Part shown: positions 11,975 to 25,016 of the stretch, piece by piece
How the letters are laid out: the number at the start of each line of letters is the position of its first letter
Position numbering within the stretch: the first letter of the stretch is position 1
NCBI RefSeq assembly: GCF_018350175.1
Contig: NC_058368.1
Location: forward strand, 213,468,001-213,532,000
Reading direction: 5' to 3'
Origin: Felis catus
Taxonomy: Eukaryota
Length of the DNA stretch: 64,000 nucleotides
Notes under the pieces: generated by a model
Told to the model about the DNA's origin: nothing
What the model saw: the letters and a program-made list of their open reading frames with translations, nothing else
The model's database searches: none
Program-made: the position numbers and the translations under genes

Positions 11975-12200
11975 CTTTGTTGAGTGTGACTTCCATGACA
12001 ATTCTGTCCTTGGGCCCGGGGGCCTTCCGACCCAGGGATGAAGAACCGCCTTCGTCAGAGCCTGCTGCTGAGCTGCCCCCACTGGTGTTGAAGTTGGGGG
12101 AGCTGGATCTGCTCATGTGTGTGGGTGTGGAGCAGGGTGTGAGGCTTGGGCTCAGTAACTTTGTGCGTACTGTTAAGACGAATAATCCACTCCGGATTTG
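11975..12200 (-). CDS. PDZD2: PDZD2 coding exon (226 nt), PDZ end, Ser-rich linker, next PDZ start
   Basis: ttttctcag|CAA ... AAA G|gtgata. QIRSGLFVLTVRTKLLSPSLTP...KDRIVMEVTLNK. Confidence 0.95.
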
Positions 12201-12360
12201 CTGAGAAAACAAGAGAGTACAACATTCTAAATGCTAAAACATTCAGACTACTCCTAGATTAAAGGATGAAAAAAAAAAAGAAAAAAAAAGAACCCAAACC
12301 AGAAGGAAATAAGGGAAGAGAAATCAAGAAGATAAAAGAGATAAATAAGAATGTGGTTAC

Positions 12361-12434
12361 CTTAAAGGTATGGATGGCTTCTTGGAACGTCAAGCCCTTT
12401 ATTGGTATCCCATTTACATCTAGGATTTCATCCC
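12361..12434 (-). CDS. PDZD2: PDZD2 coding exon (74 nt), PDZ domain
   Basis: ggcactag|GG ... AAG|gtaacc. DEILDVNGIPIKGLTFQEAIHTFK. Confidence 0.95.
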
Positions 12435-13092
12435 CTAGTGCCAAAATAGGAGAATTACATTAACATCAAACTTTGATGTACTAGAATCTAACTGCATGGT
12501 CAGTACTAGAAGAGGATACCATATGGTACCTGATTTACAATTCTATAAAAGGACTTTTATTGTTCCAGCCTACTTTCATTAGCATAGCTCTCAGGAATTT
12601 CAAAAAATGGGACAATTAATAACAATACATATTCTTTTGCAGTAATTCTGTATCTCCATCTTTAATGAAAAACAACCGGGGGAAGCATTAAGTTCTAATT
12701 CTTTAGCCATTGCCAAGTTCGATAACAGGTGTCCTAAGTTTAGAGATCAAAATGCAATAATGAGTCCCAAGCCTTTCCTCATAGTGTTTGTTTAAAAAAC
12801 CTAAACCTACTGGCAATATAGCATGAACATATATATATAACATGTGAGAAAGACACTTCTGTATTTGCAGAAAGACAAGGTTTTCAAGCCTGCAGAATCA
12901 TCATGGTGTGTGGAAAATGGTTTTAATAACAGAGACAAAAAAGTTTTGAGATATTATCTAAAAATGGTAGTCCTCCCTCCAGAAATAGTCTAGATGCCTG
13001 GTCTTACTGATGCTGTTCCAGGTTCTCAGCCATTAAGACTAAGAGAGATTACTGTGGGCTAATGCCAAATTGTTCTCTCATTCATTCTCATA

Positions 13093-13097
<5 letters not shown>

Positions 13098-13139
<42 letters not shown>
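13098..13139. repeat. (TC)n microsatellite
   Basis: Read directly. Confidence 0.93.
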
Positions 13140-13140
<1 letters not shown>

Positions 13141-14233
13141 AACTATCCTGGACTCATCTTCAACCCCAAGGACGTATGGTCAGGTCATGTTTCCAGCTGT
13201 TGATAGTGTCTGCTGGGACTATAAGAGAAATTGGACATCCAGTTGACTTCTCAGTTTGTTTTGGTTTATACTCTCATAACATGGTCTGTTTTTTTGGAAT
13301 AACAGTTCATCAAAAACACTACGAAGGGGCCACTGAGAGAAGAACAGATGAACTTCACACAGCAGTGCAGGACAAACGAAGGCCTCCCTTTACCTGTAAC
13401 AAAGAGCAACAGCAGCAGAACCTCTCCTGGGCAGCTAATCCCAGGGGCACACTGTGCCTTCCATTAAAGGAATCCTGTAGATGAGGTTGAAAAAGTGGCA
13501 GTACCTCCATGCACTTGTTATGTGCTTTTCTTTAATGCAGTTACAGAAGTTGTAAAATAAGTGATATAATCTGTTTAAAAATAACCACCTAACTAGGTAA
13601 GGTTCTTGGTTTGCTTCCATATGGGAAAAGGATACGATCATTAAAATGATTGCTCATGCTCTTAAAAATCTTTATACAAGATTTTTAAAAGATCATTCAA
13701 CACATTGAAAATCCATTCCAATGACTTACCTTTATTGTAAATGAACACATATGAAAAAACAGTATTTAGGAGAATCAAGTGCTATTAACCTTTACTAACT
13801 ATTGATTTTTCCTCCATTTGTCTCCATTCTACCAGTACTGCAGGATGAATTTCAATCAAATGAACATATGGCACATCCATTATAAAAAACACCCTGTTAG
13901 AATTTTACATTGTTCTGAAACTAGACACAAATACCACCTGGGAGTTAACCCTTCCTCTAAAAAAGAGAAATAAATATTCCGCCATCAAAATAAGCCTGGT
14001 CACGTCTTATCATTAGCATACAGGCTCCTAGGGTAGCTCTGCTTGAAAAAGGAGACTCCAATGGACTCTTATCAGTTAAAAAAAATAAGCTGGCAGAACA
14101 GAATAGTACCTATAATTTGGGTCAACTGAACTGACCAGTCATAGCATTTTTAAAGGTAACTACAAATAGTGTCATTTCATCATTTCACGAAGGAAGTGTG
14201 CTAATAAGGGAGGAAGAAAAATCAGGACTCGTG

Positions 14234-14490
14234 AATAGGTTCTGGGGATCTATCACACAGCACGGTGACTATAGTTAGCAATACTGTGCTGTTCAGTTGA
14301 AAATTTCTAAGAGGGTAAGTCTTCAATGTTCTCACCCCCCCCCCCCCCCACGGTCATTCAGTGGCATGATGAGGGTGTTAGCTAACTCAGTGTGCTAATA
14401 ATTTTCCAATATATATGCACATCAAATCATCATGTTGTACACCTTAAACTTACACAGTGTTATATATCATTCACATGTCAATAGTTGGGA
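14234..14490 (+). mobile_element. Old L1 (L1MA-like) 3'UTR end
   Basis: Motifs ggtgactatagtt and atcaaatcatcatgttgtacaccttaaacttacac; contains a C15 run. Confidence 0.7.
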
Positions 14491-14956
14491 GAAAGAAAAG
14501 CACTCTGCTAGCATGTTTATGCATGGCACAATGTCAGGTAGCATGGAGAATATAAAAGATGTGCATGTACTCCAGCCCTGAGGCAAGAATGGCCTGCAAG
14601 CTCTCAGGAATTTTCAAGGCAAGGAATATGATCAAGATCCAAGGGGACAAGATAGACACTTAAAGACCAAATAAAAATATCGTCATGTTCTGCATATCAT
14701 CTCATTTAATCTTCACAACAACTCTTTAAGATCGGTATTAATATTCCAAGTTTACAAACTGAGACAAGTGAAGCTCAGGTTACATCAATTGTCCAAGGCC
14801 ATGATGCAGTGAATGTTGGATTCAGCTCATGTCCTCTCGACCCCCAAGCCCATGGCTTTGGCTGCTGTGCCACCGGCTTCACATCTTGCAAGGAGGCAGA
14901 TTCTGATGGAATCAGAACTCACCACCACTGAGAACCACGGAGAGGCTTTCTCCTAC

Positions 14957-15071
14957 CTTCTTTAAGTCTTCCATCCTCTGCAGCCGATCCATTTGGGAAA
15001 ATAGTCTTGACAAAAATCCCCATCTGTCCTCGAATGCAGTCTCGACCTCCAGCAATGCTAAAGCCAAGGCC
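14957..15071 (-). CDS. PDZD2: PDZD2 coding exon (115 nt), PDZ GLGF loop
   Basis: gtgtag|GGC ... GAA G|gtagga. [38 protein letters not shown](G); this frame is not shown in the ORF track. Confidence 0.95.
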
Positions 15072-15312
15072 CTACACCCCAAGCAGAAGGGGGTCCAGGT
15101 TGTCATTGCAGTAGTTGACTGAGGGCATCTGTTTTTGTCTCAGTATTTCACTGAGGGCATTTTCCCATTGTAGTATTTAACTGAAGTCTCCTTCCCAACT
15201 AGGCTCAGGGTTAAGATAATCAGCTATGAATTTGTGTTCCCTCCTCTATTTCCTTCCTCAGATCTATTTGCAGTGCACTAGGCTTGCATTATGTTAAAGG
15301 GAGAAAGTTTTA

Positions 15313-15384
15313 CACCGAAACATGAAATTGCCAGTATTTGACAATCTTTGATCTCCAAAAATGTCAATTTCACATGGATTAATA
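15313..15384. mobile_element. MADE2-like mariner-derived miniature element
   Basis: Inverted arms catgaaattg(cc) / (gt)caatttcacatg around gtatttgacaatctttgatctccaaaaat. Confidence 0.65.
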
Positions 15385-15838
15385 GCTCAGGAGAGTCATT
15401 TCACACAATTTAGGGGCCATACTTATTTTATTCTTTTGTTTCAGTACTTCCATGTTGTATCAAGATGGATGTTTTGATATTTGTATAATATCAAGGTATT
15501 TGTATTATCTTTATGATAATGGCAATGCTATGAAATTCATTCAAAAGGGTAAGTAGGAATATGCCCCCTGAAGCTACAGGGGTGGCCTTTCTTTCAATAG
15601 TAGTAAATGTTGGAACATTCACTCCACCCTCAACTATACCCTAGCTCCCAGGTGCCGGTGACTCCCTAAGTCATAAGGACAAAAGGGCATGATCATCTCA
15701 AATCCCACAGGAAAGGAGCAAAGGGATCCACTCAAATCTACATAAAGGCCACTTAATCTATTCCTCTTTATACCTCTTAATTTTTATTTCATGTAAAAAC
15801 AACAACAAAATTCACTATTTAAGAAATACACGCTAACA

Positions 15839-16046
15839 GGGGCGACTGGGTGGCTCAGTCGGTTAAATGTCCGACTCTTGATTTTGCCTCAGGTCATGAT
15901 CTCACAGTTCGTGAAATTGAGCTCTGTGTTGGGCTCTGTGCTGACAGCACGGAGCCTGCCTGGAATTCTCTCTCTCTGCCCCTCCCTTGCACACAAACTC
16001 TCTTTCTCTCTCTCTCAAAATAAACAAACGTTAAAAAAAAAAAAAA
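15839..16046 (+). mobile_element. CAN-SINE
   Basis: Head and polyA; degenerate TSD aagaaata...ctaaca. Confidence 0.92.
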
Positions 16047-16100
16047 GAAATATATACTAACATTCACTCGGAGGACAAAACTGTGCAGAAGGGAGCTCAC

Positions 16101-16220
16101 CTTGCCTTTTTCTTTGTATAGGCCAATGATGGAGATGACCGATGGGCGAATGAGTCTCCAAGGAGATTCCACCTGAGTGGTGCTTAGGGAGCGGGTAGAC
16201 TTCTTTACAATCTGGTATTC
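16101..16220 (-). CDS. PDZD2: PDZD2 coding exon (120 nt), start of a PDZ domain
   Basis: gacttttag|GAA ... AAG|gtgagc. EYQIVKKSTRSLSTTQVESPWRLIRPSVISIIGLYKEKGK. Confidence 0.94.
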
Positions 16221-17502
16221 CTAAAAGTCAGCACATGGCAAGGTCAGGGACAGTCTCATTTATCCTCCTGTGGCCTCTGGCATAAAAATATATTCAGGTT
16301 TTGAAAACCTCAGTTGTCTTTTGGGTGACACAGACATTTCTCCCTGCTCCATCTCTGGTCCAGCAGCTTAAAGGAAGTTTATTATCAACAACCCTGGAGG
16401 GACAGCCCTGGCTGCAGTAGGTTGCCGTGCCTTCCACTGCACATGAAGAGCTGCATGGTGGCTGCTGGCACTCAGTGCTGCTCTTTGACTGTACCCCACA
16501 GATCCGACTCTTCTTGCTTTCTGGAATGGAGTGAGGAACCAGAAGCCAAAAGGCCTCAGAGATGTAGGAGGGCCATCCTGTGGCCGGGTTCTCCATGGAA
16601 GCCATCCCTTACCCCCATGCCAAGTTCACAATCACGGTTAGAAAGTATCTTGCCATTTTAAGCTTAATTCACTCAACCAAAAACTTAGCAAGCCCTTGTT
16701 TCTTATAACACCCAAACCGTAAACCCCGACAACTATTATTCTGTACAAAACACCCTGGTGAGAAATGCAGCAGCTTCGGTTCTAATCCCTCATGTTTGGA
16801 AAATAAAATTCTTTCCCAGAAGCCACACCTTCCCCTTTATGGCACGCAAGAGCTTGAATCTCAATCCCTCTCCTGTCCATCACCCACATGTACGTGTGTG
16901 GAAGGAAGGTACACTATTTATAACATGAACGAGAGATAAAGAAAATGTAGGGCTAAAATCTTCTACAATTTAGCTCCTTGCTATTCTTCTTAGAATAATA
17001 AATTTCTTAAATGAGACAGATATTCCAGCATAAGCAAAAAAGGAAAAAAAAATCACTTTGTGCTTAATATGAGAAAAGAGACATCAGAAAATAGTTGCTA
17101 TCCTTAATTAGTATATTCTACATTCAAAGGTAGAAATGAGATGTCTGCTAATGATATTTTTGTATTCCTGGCAGCTTAGAACAATTATATTTTTGCAGTT
17201 TTACAAAATATCTGCCAGCTATGTTGGCTTCCCAGACTCTGATTCATTTAAAAAATGTTGGCTTGGCAAGGTTACTACCCTTTTACTGAAACCATCATGG
17301 AGATAGGCAGACATAGCCTATGGGTTTTCAACCCTCAAATATGGAGGTTCATGTGTGGACTTAGAAGGGAATACTCTCTCACCACCAATCTCCAGCAGCA
17401 CCTCCTTCCATCCCCCTTCTGGGAGCCCATGGGAACCGGAGGTCTGCGTGCTTCATTGCTCTCCTGATGTGTTTCAGGGGTCCCATTGCATTTTTTAGAC
17501 TT

Positions 17503-17695
17503 CCGCTGTCCAATATGGCAGCCACTAAGTCACCTGTCACGGTCTATATTTAAATGGAGATTAAAATAAAAAATACACGCCTTAGTGTCACTTGCTACTT
17601 TTCATGTGCTCCGTAGACACACGTGGCTCCCACAGTGGATAGTAGAGACATAAAACACTTCTATCACTGCAGGAAGCTGTATTGAGTAGCTCTAC
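17503..17695 (-). mobile_element. MER3-like hAT-Charlie relic
   Basis: gctgtccaatatggcagccact at one end, catcactgcaggaagctgtattga-type motif at the other. Confidence 0.7.
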
Positions 17696-19264
17696 TCTAG
17701 ACAATGCTTTGTAGGGGAGGGAGAGAGAACAGGGAAAAGAAGGGTGAATCCTGGGAGAAAAAGAAAAGGGCAGAAAAGAAGACAAGAAAAAGGACAGTTT
17801 GAAAAGGGGAAAAAGTCTTTCCTTTAAAATCTTCACTAGCCTGTGCTTTCTGGAAGTCTGGTTACAAATAAGTATTTCTGGGCTTTAAATAATAAATATG
17901 GTCAGGTTTCTCAGCAGGTCCGTTAAGAAATCACCACCTCAATGCTAGACATCCTTGGCTCTGATGGCAGGAAACCCTCTCTCACTTTCCACACTAAACT
18001 AAAATAGCCCACAATGTGGCTCTCCTACAACTTTCTGATCCACCCCCTGACTCTGCCGGCCCAGTTGGATCATTCTGAGCAGGTCATAGGCTCGTCTCTA
18101 GTCAAGGGTTTGGAGGAGTTTTAACCAGGACCCATGCAAGTTTTTTGCTCTGCTTTTTCTCCATGTCCCAACTCAAGTTGTCTTTGGGTAGATTCCACAC
18201 AAAATAACCTGATCAGCAATTGCCTATGGAACGTGGGCACTTACTATTTTACTGGGTAGGTAAAACTTTCTTTATAGTGATTCTGGCATATCACTTTGAG
18301 CAAAATATTCAATCTCTTTGAGATTCATTGGCCTGTCAATAAAATGGTGATGATACACCAAAAGTAATGACCCAACCCAGATGACCAGTTACACGTCCTT
18401 TACGACTCTACCATCTGTGAGTCTACATGAGCTTATGGATGTCATTGCCGCTACCCTCCACCTCCATCTCTGCTTTGTTGTAGGCAAGATGCCAATGGCT
18501 TCTCTTGAGCTCTCTGGCTGATGATGCCAGGACTCAAAGAACACTCCACAAGTTTCCCAGAGACTGAGCCTGCCTTCAACTTGGTTAGGAGCTGTCTCCC
18601 CTTTTGACTGTGTTGAGGATGATGTAATTGAGGAAGAGCCTCTGTGAAGAATTATGGAGTTCTGAACTCTTATGAGGCAGGCCCTGGAATATTAACATCA
18701 CCACCTACTTCACCCCTACCTACAGCCCCACTGACCTTGCCTGTTTGAGTCATTACTGTGTAACAGGTAAAATCCCAGACACAGTATAGGCACGTACATG
18801 CACTCCCTCTCTCTCTCATATGACCCAACACCCACCCACCTACCCAGCCGGTGGTTATGCTGACACCTGACGCGCCCACTAAACAAGCGATGGTGGTTGA
18901 CCACAGACCGTGAGGCGCCACTGTCTCCTGGCAGTTGAAAGCAGCTCTCAGTTCCAAAACACACAGTAGGAAGGGGAGCAAGATGTCGAGATCCAACAAG
19001 GGATTGTTTTTCTCTACTGTTCCGAATACTAGGCTGACTTCCTTCTAACCTCCATGGATAGACCTCGCTCTCCGTGCTACATCTTTAGTCCCAAATACCC
19101 CTACCCACACAGATGGGAAGTTCTTCATAACACGGCTATTCCTGTTGGTCTCTGAAAGAGTAAATATTTGAAAGCCTAGAGACCCAGGGGTGGAAACATG
19201 CTCTTACATCCCTAACTGGGCAACTTTGTATGAGAAAACAAAAGGTTCTATGGTATTGTCCTAC

Positions 19265-19410
19265 CTGTGATGTTCCAGTAGAGTCCAGCAGCTGGGGAAG
19301 AGAGTGCTTTCTGCCATCTCGGGAGACCTCCAACATTCTGGCCCGCAGGTCCCCATTTCGTACCATCAATTCGTTATATTCTTCAACAGACTCTAGACGG
19401 TGTACACCCC
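19265..19410 (-). CDS. PDZD2: PDZD2 coding exon (146 nt)
   Basis: tttttcaag|GG ... CAG|gtagga. GVHRLESVEEYNELMVRNGDLRARMLEVSRDGRKHSLPQLLDSTGTSQ; phase fits both neighbours. Confidence 0.93.
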
Positions 19411-20263
19411 CTTGAAAAAACAGGGGGGAAAACATGGTTTGATACGAGATTTAAAGAATCTTATCAGAGTATCATATGCATACACTTGTTGCATTTACGT
19501 CCACACTTCAGGGTTTTCACAAGGCCTGGTGTCTCATACTTTTAAAGCACTGAGCTCATTGCTTTCTACCAATAAGCTCTGCCTAAGCTGGGTGCATGTT
19601 GAGGCCATTAATGCCATATTGTGAAGAATGTGCCAGTTTTTGAAGGGACCAGACGGGATATGGGAAAATGTATGTTTCATCCAAGTAAGATGTAGCCAGG
19701 GTTGATATGGCAATAAATGATAGTGAAAATGCCATCAGTATAGGTGGTTTTCTAGTGATGGAGGAACATTATTCTGTGGTTGGCATAGTTCCATTCTTGC
19801 GGCAGGTGGTTTTTTTCACTTAATGACTTTTTAAATAACCTTTTTATTAAAGAGTAACAATTTACAGAAATATGTACAAATCATATAAGTGTATGGTTCC
19901 AAGAAATTTCACAAAGTAAATGTTCTAAAAACCAACACCCAGACCAAGGAATAGAATACAATCAGAACCCAAAAGCCATTTTTGCACCACTAACCACCCT
20001 TCACCCAGGGTAACCATTATCATGACTTCTAATATCATAGATTACTTTTGCCTTTTCAAACTTTATATAAATGAATACAAATGATAAATACTTTTTGATA
20101 TCTGGCTCCTTACTCTTAGCATCTGTTTGTGAAACATGGGCTGTTGCTAATAGTTTGTTCATCCCATTTCTGCATACTATTTCATTGTATAAACATGCCA
20201 CAATTTGGCTACGCATTCTGTTGTTGATAAACATTTGGTTTATTTCCAGTTTTAGATCTAGAA

Positions 20264-20460
20264 CAAGGGTCAACATTTTTTTTTCGTTTTTCTTTTGTAA
20301 AGGCCAGATAGTACGTTTTAGGCTTTATGGGCCATGGGTGGTCTCTGCTGCATAATCTTTAAACATTTTTTTTTTTTAACACAACCCACTGAAGACGCAG
20401 AAAGCATTTCTAGCTTGTGGTCCATACACATGTAGCTGTGGATGGTGGTTTGCTGACCCA
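20264..20460 (+). mobile_element. MER58B-like hAT relic
   Basis: tgtaaaggccagatagta...ttttaggcttt...tttgctgaccc; tctaga/tttaga flanks. Confidence 0.65.
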
Positions 20461-20681
20461 AGATTTAGAATATACTATTACGAAACATTCTTACAAAAAG
20501 TCCTATCTGTGGGGTGCAGACCCAGGAGCGGAGTGGCTGAGCTACTGGTACACATTCACCTTTACCAATGTTGTAACATTCATGTGTGTGAGTCCAAGTT
20601 TCCCCACGTCCTTGTCACACTTGGTAGTGCCTGTTTAATTTTAGCCACTGTGGTGGATATTGTAATGCCATTTCGAGCTTG

Positions 20682-21048
20682 TTTTTTTTTTTTTATTTAA
20701 CATTTTATTTTCAAGTAATCGCCACACCTGATGTGGGGCTTGAACCCACAACCCTGAGGTCAAGAGTCAAAAGTCACACATTCCAGCAACTGAGCCAGGC
20801 AGGTGCCCCTCACTGTGTTTTTTTTTTTTTTAATTTTTTTATTTTTAATGTTTATTTATTTTTGAGAGAGACAGAGACAGAATGTGAGTGGGTTGGGACA
20901 GAGAGAGAGGGAGACACAGAATCTGAAACAGGCTCCAGGCTCTGAGCTGTCAGCACAGAGCCCGACGTGGGGCTCGAACTCACGAGCTGCGAGATCATGA
21001 CCTGAGCTGAAGTTGGATGCTCAACCGACTGAGCCACCCAGGCGCCCC
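20682..21048 (-). mobile_element. Two adjacent CAN-SINEs (short type 20682-20809, long type 20818-21048)
   Basis: Two reverse heads ending ggtgcccc and ggcgcccc. Confidence 0.9.
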
Positions 21049-21449
21049 TCATTGTGGTTTTTAATTTACATTTCACTGATGACCAATGAGACTGAGTTTC
21101 TTTCAAATATTTATTGGCTGTTTTACTTTTGTAAATTTACAGAGTGGCTGTTTTTTTATTTTTATTTTTATTAAGTTGTAAAGTGCCTGTTCAAGTCTTT
21201 TGTTTATTTATCAGGTTTCTGTCTTTTTGTTGTTGATGTATAGAAGTTTTTATTTTTTTATTGTTAACATATTTTGAATATGAGTCCTTCATGGGATCTA
21301 TGTTCTGTAAATCTTTTTCCATCTTTGTGACTTCCTTGCCTTTTCACTCTTAATGGTATTTTATGATGCAAAAGTTCATAATTTTAATATTGTATAATAT
21401 ATCAATTTTTCCCCATATGCTTAGAGCTTTTGTGTCTTAAGAAAAAAAA

Positions 21450-21655
21450 TTTTTCTAATGTTTATTTATTTTGAGAGAGAGCAAGTGAACACAGGTAGGG
21501 GAGGGACAGACAGAGGGAGAGAGAAAATCCAAAGCAGGCTCCATGCACCAGCACAGAGCCCAATGCGGGGCTCGAACCCACAAACTGTGAGATCATGACC
21601 TGAGCCCAAACCAAGAGTCCGAAGCTTAACTGAGACTGAGGCACCCAGGGGCCCC
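21450..21655 (-). mobile_element. CAN-SINE
   Basis: tttatttattttgagagaga ... cacccaggggcccc. Confidence 0.9.
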
Positions 21656-24600
21656 AAGAAATTTTTATAGTAATTTTTAAAGAAACCTTTATCAATACCT
21701 AGTTTATATTATATGCTTTTTAAAAATAAGATAATTTAAGAGACTTTAATCTTAAATGATGGCTTAATTACATTGAATATGGCTATAATCATATTACAGT
21801 GTCTATATTATACATTATATATGTATATATACATATGTGTGTGTATAGCTATATACACATACAGATTCTTTGTAATGTTAAGTTCTCCTAGACTATGTAA
21901 TGTTTCATTTGATGACCTAAAATTCAATTTACCTAAACATTTCTCAGAAAGTTTTTCATGGAATAAAAAAGATGATTCTGTAGCCTTTTAAAAATAATAT
22001 ATTGAGTTATTAATAGTGATGAAAAGTTGGAAGAGTGAGGATACAGTTATATTAACAGGAACATCACTAAAAACTTGGTTTTTCAAAAGCTACATATTAA
22101 CTTTGTGATACAGATTTTCAAACACCTGAAACTCCTTTGCAATCAAAGAGAAATTTCCATTTAAAAAGATCACAAACCTAAGGCATTAATGTGGATAAAT
22201 CAAAAATACCAAAATGAAAAGGGAACCCTGCTGGCAAAAAAGGAAGTATGAAGTAAGGAAAATTCAGGTTAGAATATCAGGAAAAATGTTCCATAAAATG
22301 GCTTTAGTCATTTTGGAGCCAAGCTAGGCAAAATCTTAGTGAAAATGGCTGGAACTTCTTTACAGAATCTCCTTAATAATTCATGACTTACTAATTCATG
22401 GCCAGATTAATCCATCTTGGCAAGCCTACTCATCTGAAAAAGATTTATTAGAAGAAAGTGCCTTCTGAGTCAACAGGGAGGCACTTGCCTCAACAGAAGA
22501 GAAACCACATACGGTAGTGTCTGTAGATAACATACTGATACGTGAATACCAGAGTGACTCACTGTTAGAAAATACGAAGTAAATATCCAAGTTTACAGGA
22601 CAAATTAGCAGTTGATCGCATTAAAATCTCCTGTATTCAAATGTCTTTAGCCTGAACCATATTTCACAGCACCGGATGAAGACTCGTAAGCCTCTTTCAT
22701 AGATCTCAAATTGCTTTTCCAGCCTTATCTCCCACTACCCTGCTACATGAATTCTTTGCTTCAGCCTGCTGATTCTCAAAGGAGCAGATTTGTCCTCCTC
22801 CCGCATCCTTTCCAAAACGGGGAGCCTATAAATATCACTTGACATTTTACCTCACTTTGCCGCCATCGGCTCCCACCCTGAGGGGCTCCTTACCCCTAAT
22901 CTCTCTGACAAGTTCTGCTGGTTTCAATCATTGTTCCTGTTGAGTTACTGGATCTTTCAGATGGCTGAGGAGGAAAAACAGTTGCCAAAAACTTCTCTAA
23001 CCAATTCTCCCCCATTGCCCCTAAACATTTCTCATGCATCTTCTCCCTAGTCTACAACGCTGTGTTCTTCCTCTTTGGTTCTGTCAAATCTTGCCAAGGT
23101 ACTGGCCCTCCTTTATCTTGTGTCCTCTGGATGCCTCCCCTAAGTGCCACAACCCAGAAACACTCTCGTTCGTGCCTTATCATGGCCTTCAAGTTCTTGA
23201 GAATATTCTTGTCTGACCCTCCTCAACCATCTTCCCCCGTTGAGAGGGAAAGAGGAGACAACGATGATGAATTGATGTTAATGACGTGACAACAGTGGCA
23301 GCTATCACGTGAGCTATTGCTACCATATTCGGGAGTGGCCATGCCACATTCATTCTCTCCATCTTTCAACTGAGACGGTACACTGATTCCTAGAATAAAA
23401 GTAACTTAGAATCCTCATTTTACACATGAGGATTCTCTCTTTCATGAAGAAAGAGAGACTCAGAGAAGTCAAGTCATCGGTCTCAGGCCACATAGCCTGA
23501 GGAACTGAGGAACTGAGGCAGAGCTGGGAACTGAACACTGACTTCTCCCTGACTTCGTGCACGTTATGCATAGTTCCTTATTATGGACGCAGATGTCTGG
23601 GAAGGAAAGGAAGGGAGGGTGACATCCATTTGTGGCAAACAGTAGCCAGCCCTGGATTTACTACTCAGCTGAATGTACTGCTTGTTCTAAATTAATAGTA
23701 TAAACAGTGTTAGGGATTTATGATTTGAAAGGTCCCCAGCTACATCACCCTCCCCACATCTGTATCTAGAAAGCCCCAGACTGGGGAGGAGGATTCTCTT
23801 CAAGAGTCTCAGGAAGCCAAGGGGTGGAAAGGAGAACTGTCTGGGAGGCAGATCTTTTTGCTGGCACCGGGTGACCTTTGGGATTCCCTTAGCTTCTCCG
23901 GTCTCATCCATAAAGCGAGGAATGTGACTGTACGGGTTTCAAAGGTCCCTGACTTTTCTCCAGAGCTCTGTGGCCCCCCTGAGAACTGTTAATAAGGTGT
24001 TGATTAACTCTGCTATGACAGCTGCCCTAAAGATCTCTGTCTGCTATGCCCCCGTGACTCCCAGGAGCCCAGCACACAGAAGGTAAATGTATTTCTCTTA
24101 GTCGTCCCTCGGGGGCTGCAGGGGGGCTTGGTTGTCCTCTCCACACGGGGACCTTGGGCACCACATCTGTCCTACGACTTACCAGCCTCTGGCCAGAGTA
24201 CATTGTTTTGTCACAACCCCCTGTTCAGGTGTATACTGCCTAATGATTATGAGTTACAAATACAAACTAATTCACTTTGTTACTCGGGTTTTTAAAGACA
24301 AACGGATGTATTTTGTGGCCCTATACTGGTTGCTTTACCTGAGAATAACTCAGCAGAGGGCCAGGCAGTGTTGGGGGGCGGTGCTCCCGGCTGTCAGGCA
24401 CAGACACCACCCCTCGCCACTGATCTGTGTGGCAGGAAGGGACTGACATTTCTTGGCTGGCTACTTTGATGTGTTTTGTTTGTTTCCTATTGTGCTCAAC
24501 CTTTCAAAGTCAGATTATCTCCTTTTTTTCAGGTGAGGGAGTGTTGGTTCAGGGGCTTTAGATAACCAGCCCAAGGTCATATGAGATGTCTTTCACAGGT

Positions 24601-24764
24601 GGGCAGCCAGGACTGGCTTCTCCAACAGGCCAGCAGAAACAGTGCTGAGGGCCCACAAAAAAGCTTTAATTATAAGAATAGTAATGGAGAGAGAATAATG
24701 AATCCAGCTTGAATCTTCGCAGCCATAAAACATAATTTTTAGTGTTTTTAATAATTTTTAAAAA

Positions 24765-25016
24765 TTTTATTTATTTATTTTAAGAGAGAGAGAGAGAGAG
24801 AGAGGGAGGGAGAGGGAGGGAGAGAGAGAGGGAGGGAGGAAGGACATGTGTGAGAGCGGATGAGGGGCAGAGACGGAGAGAGAGAGAATCCCAAGCAGCC
24901 TCTGCACTGTTGGTGCAGAGCCTGATATGGGGCTCGAACTCACAAACCACAAGATCATGACCTGAACTGAAATCAAGAGCTGGGCGTTTAACCGACTGAG
25001 CCACGCCGGCTCCCCT
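24765..25016 (-). mobile_element. CAN-SINE
   Basis: Expanded GA/GGGA tract and reverse head. Confidence 0.9.

Larger units (their letters stand above)
19835..21380 (-). mobile_element. Ancient L1 (L1MB/ME-like) relic with nested MER58 and SINEs
   Basis: Antisense 3'-end motifs (ggtaaccattatcatgacttct, catttggttatttccagttt, ttaatttacatttcactgatgac). Confidence 0.65.
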
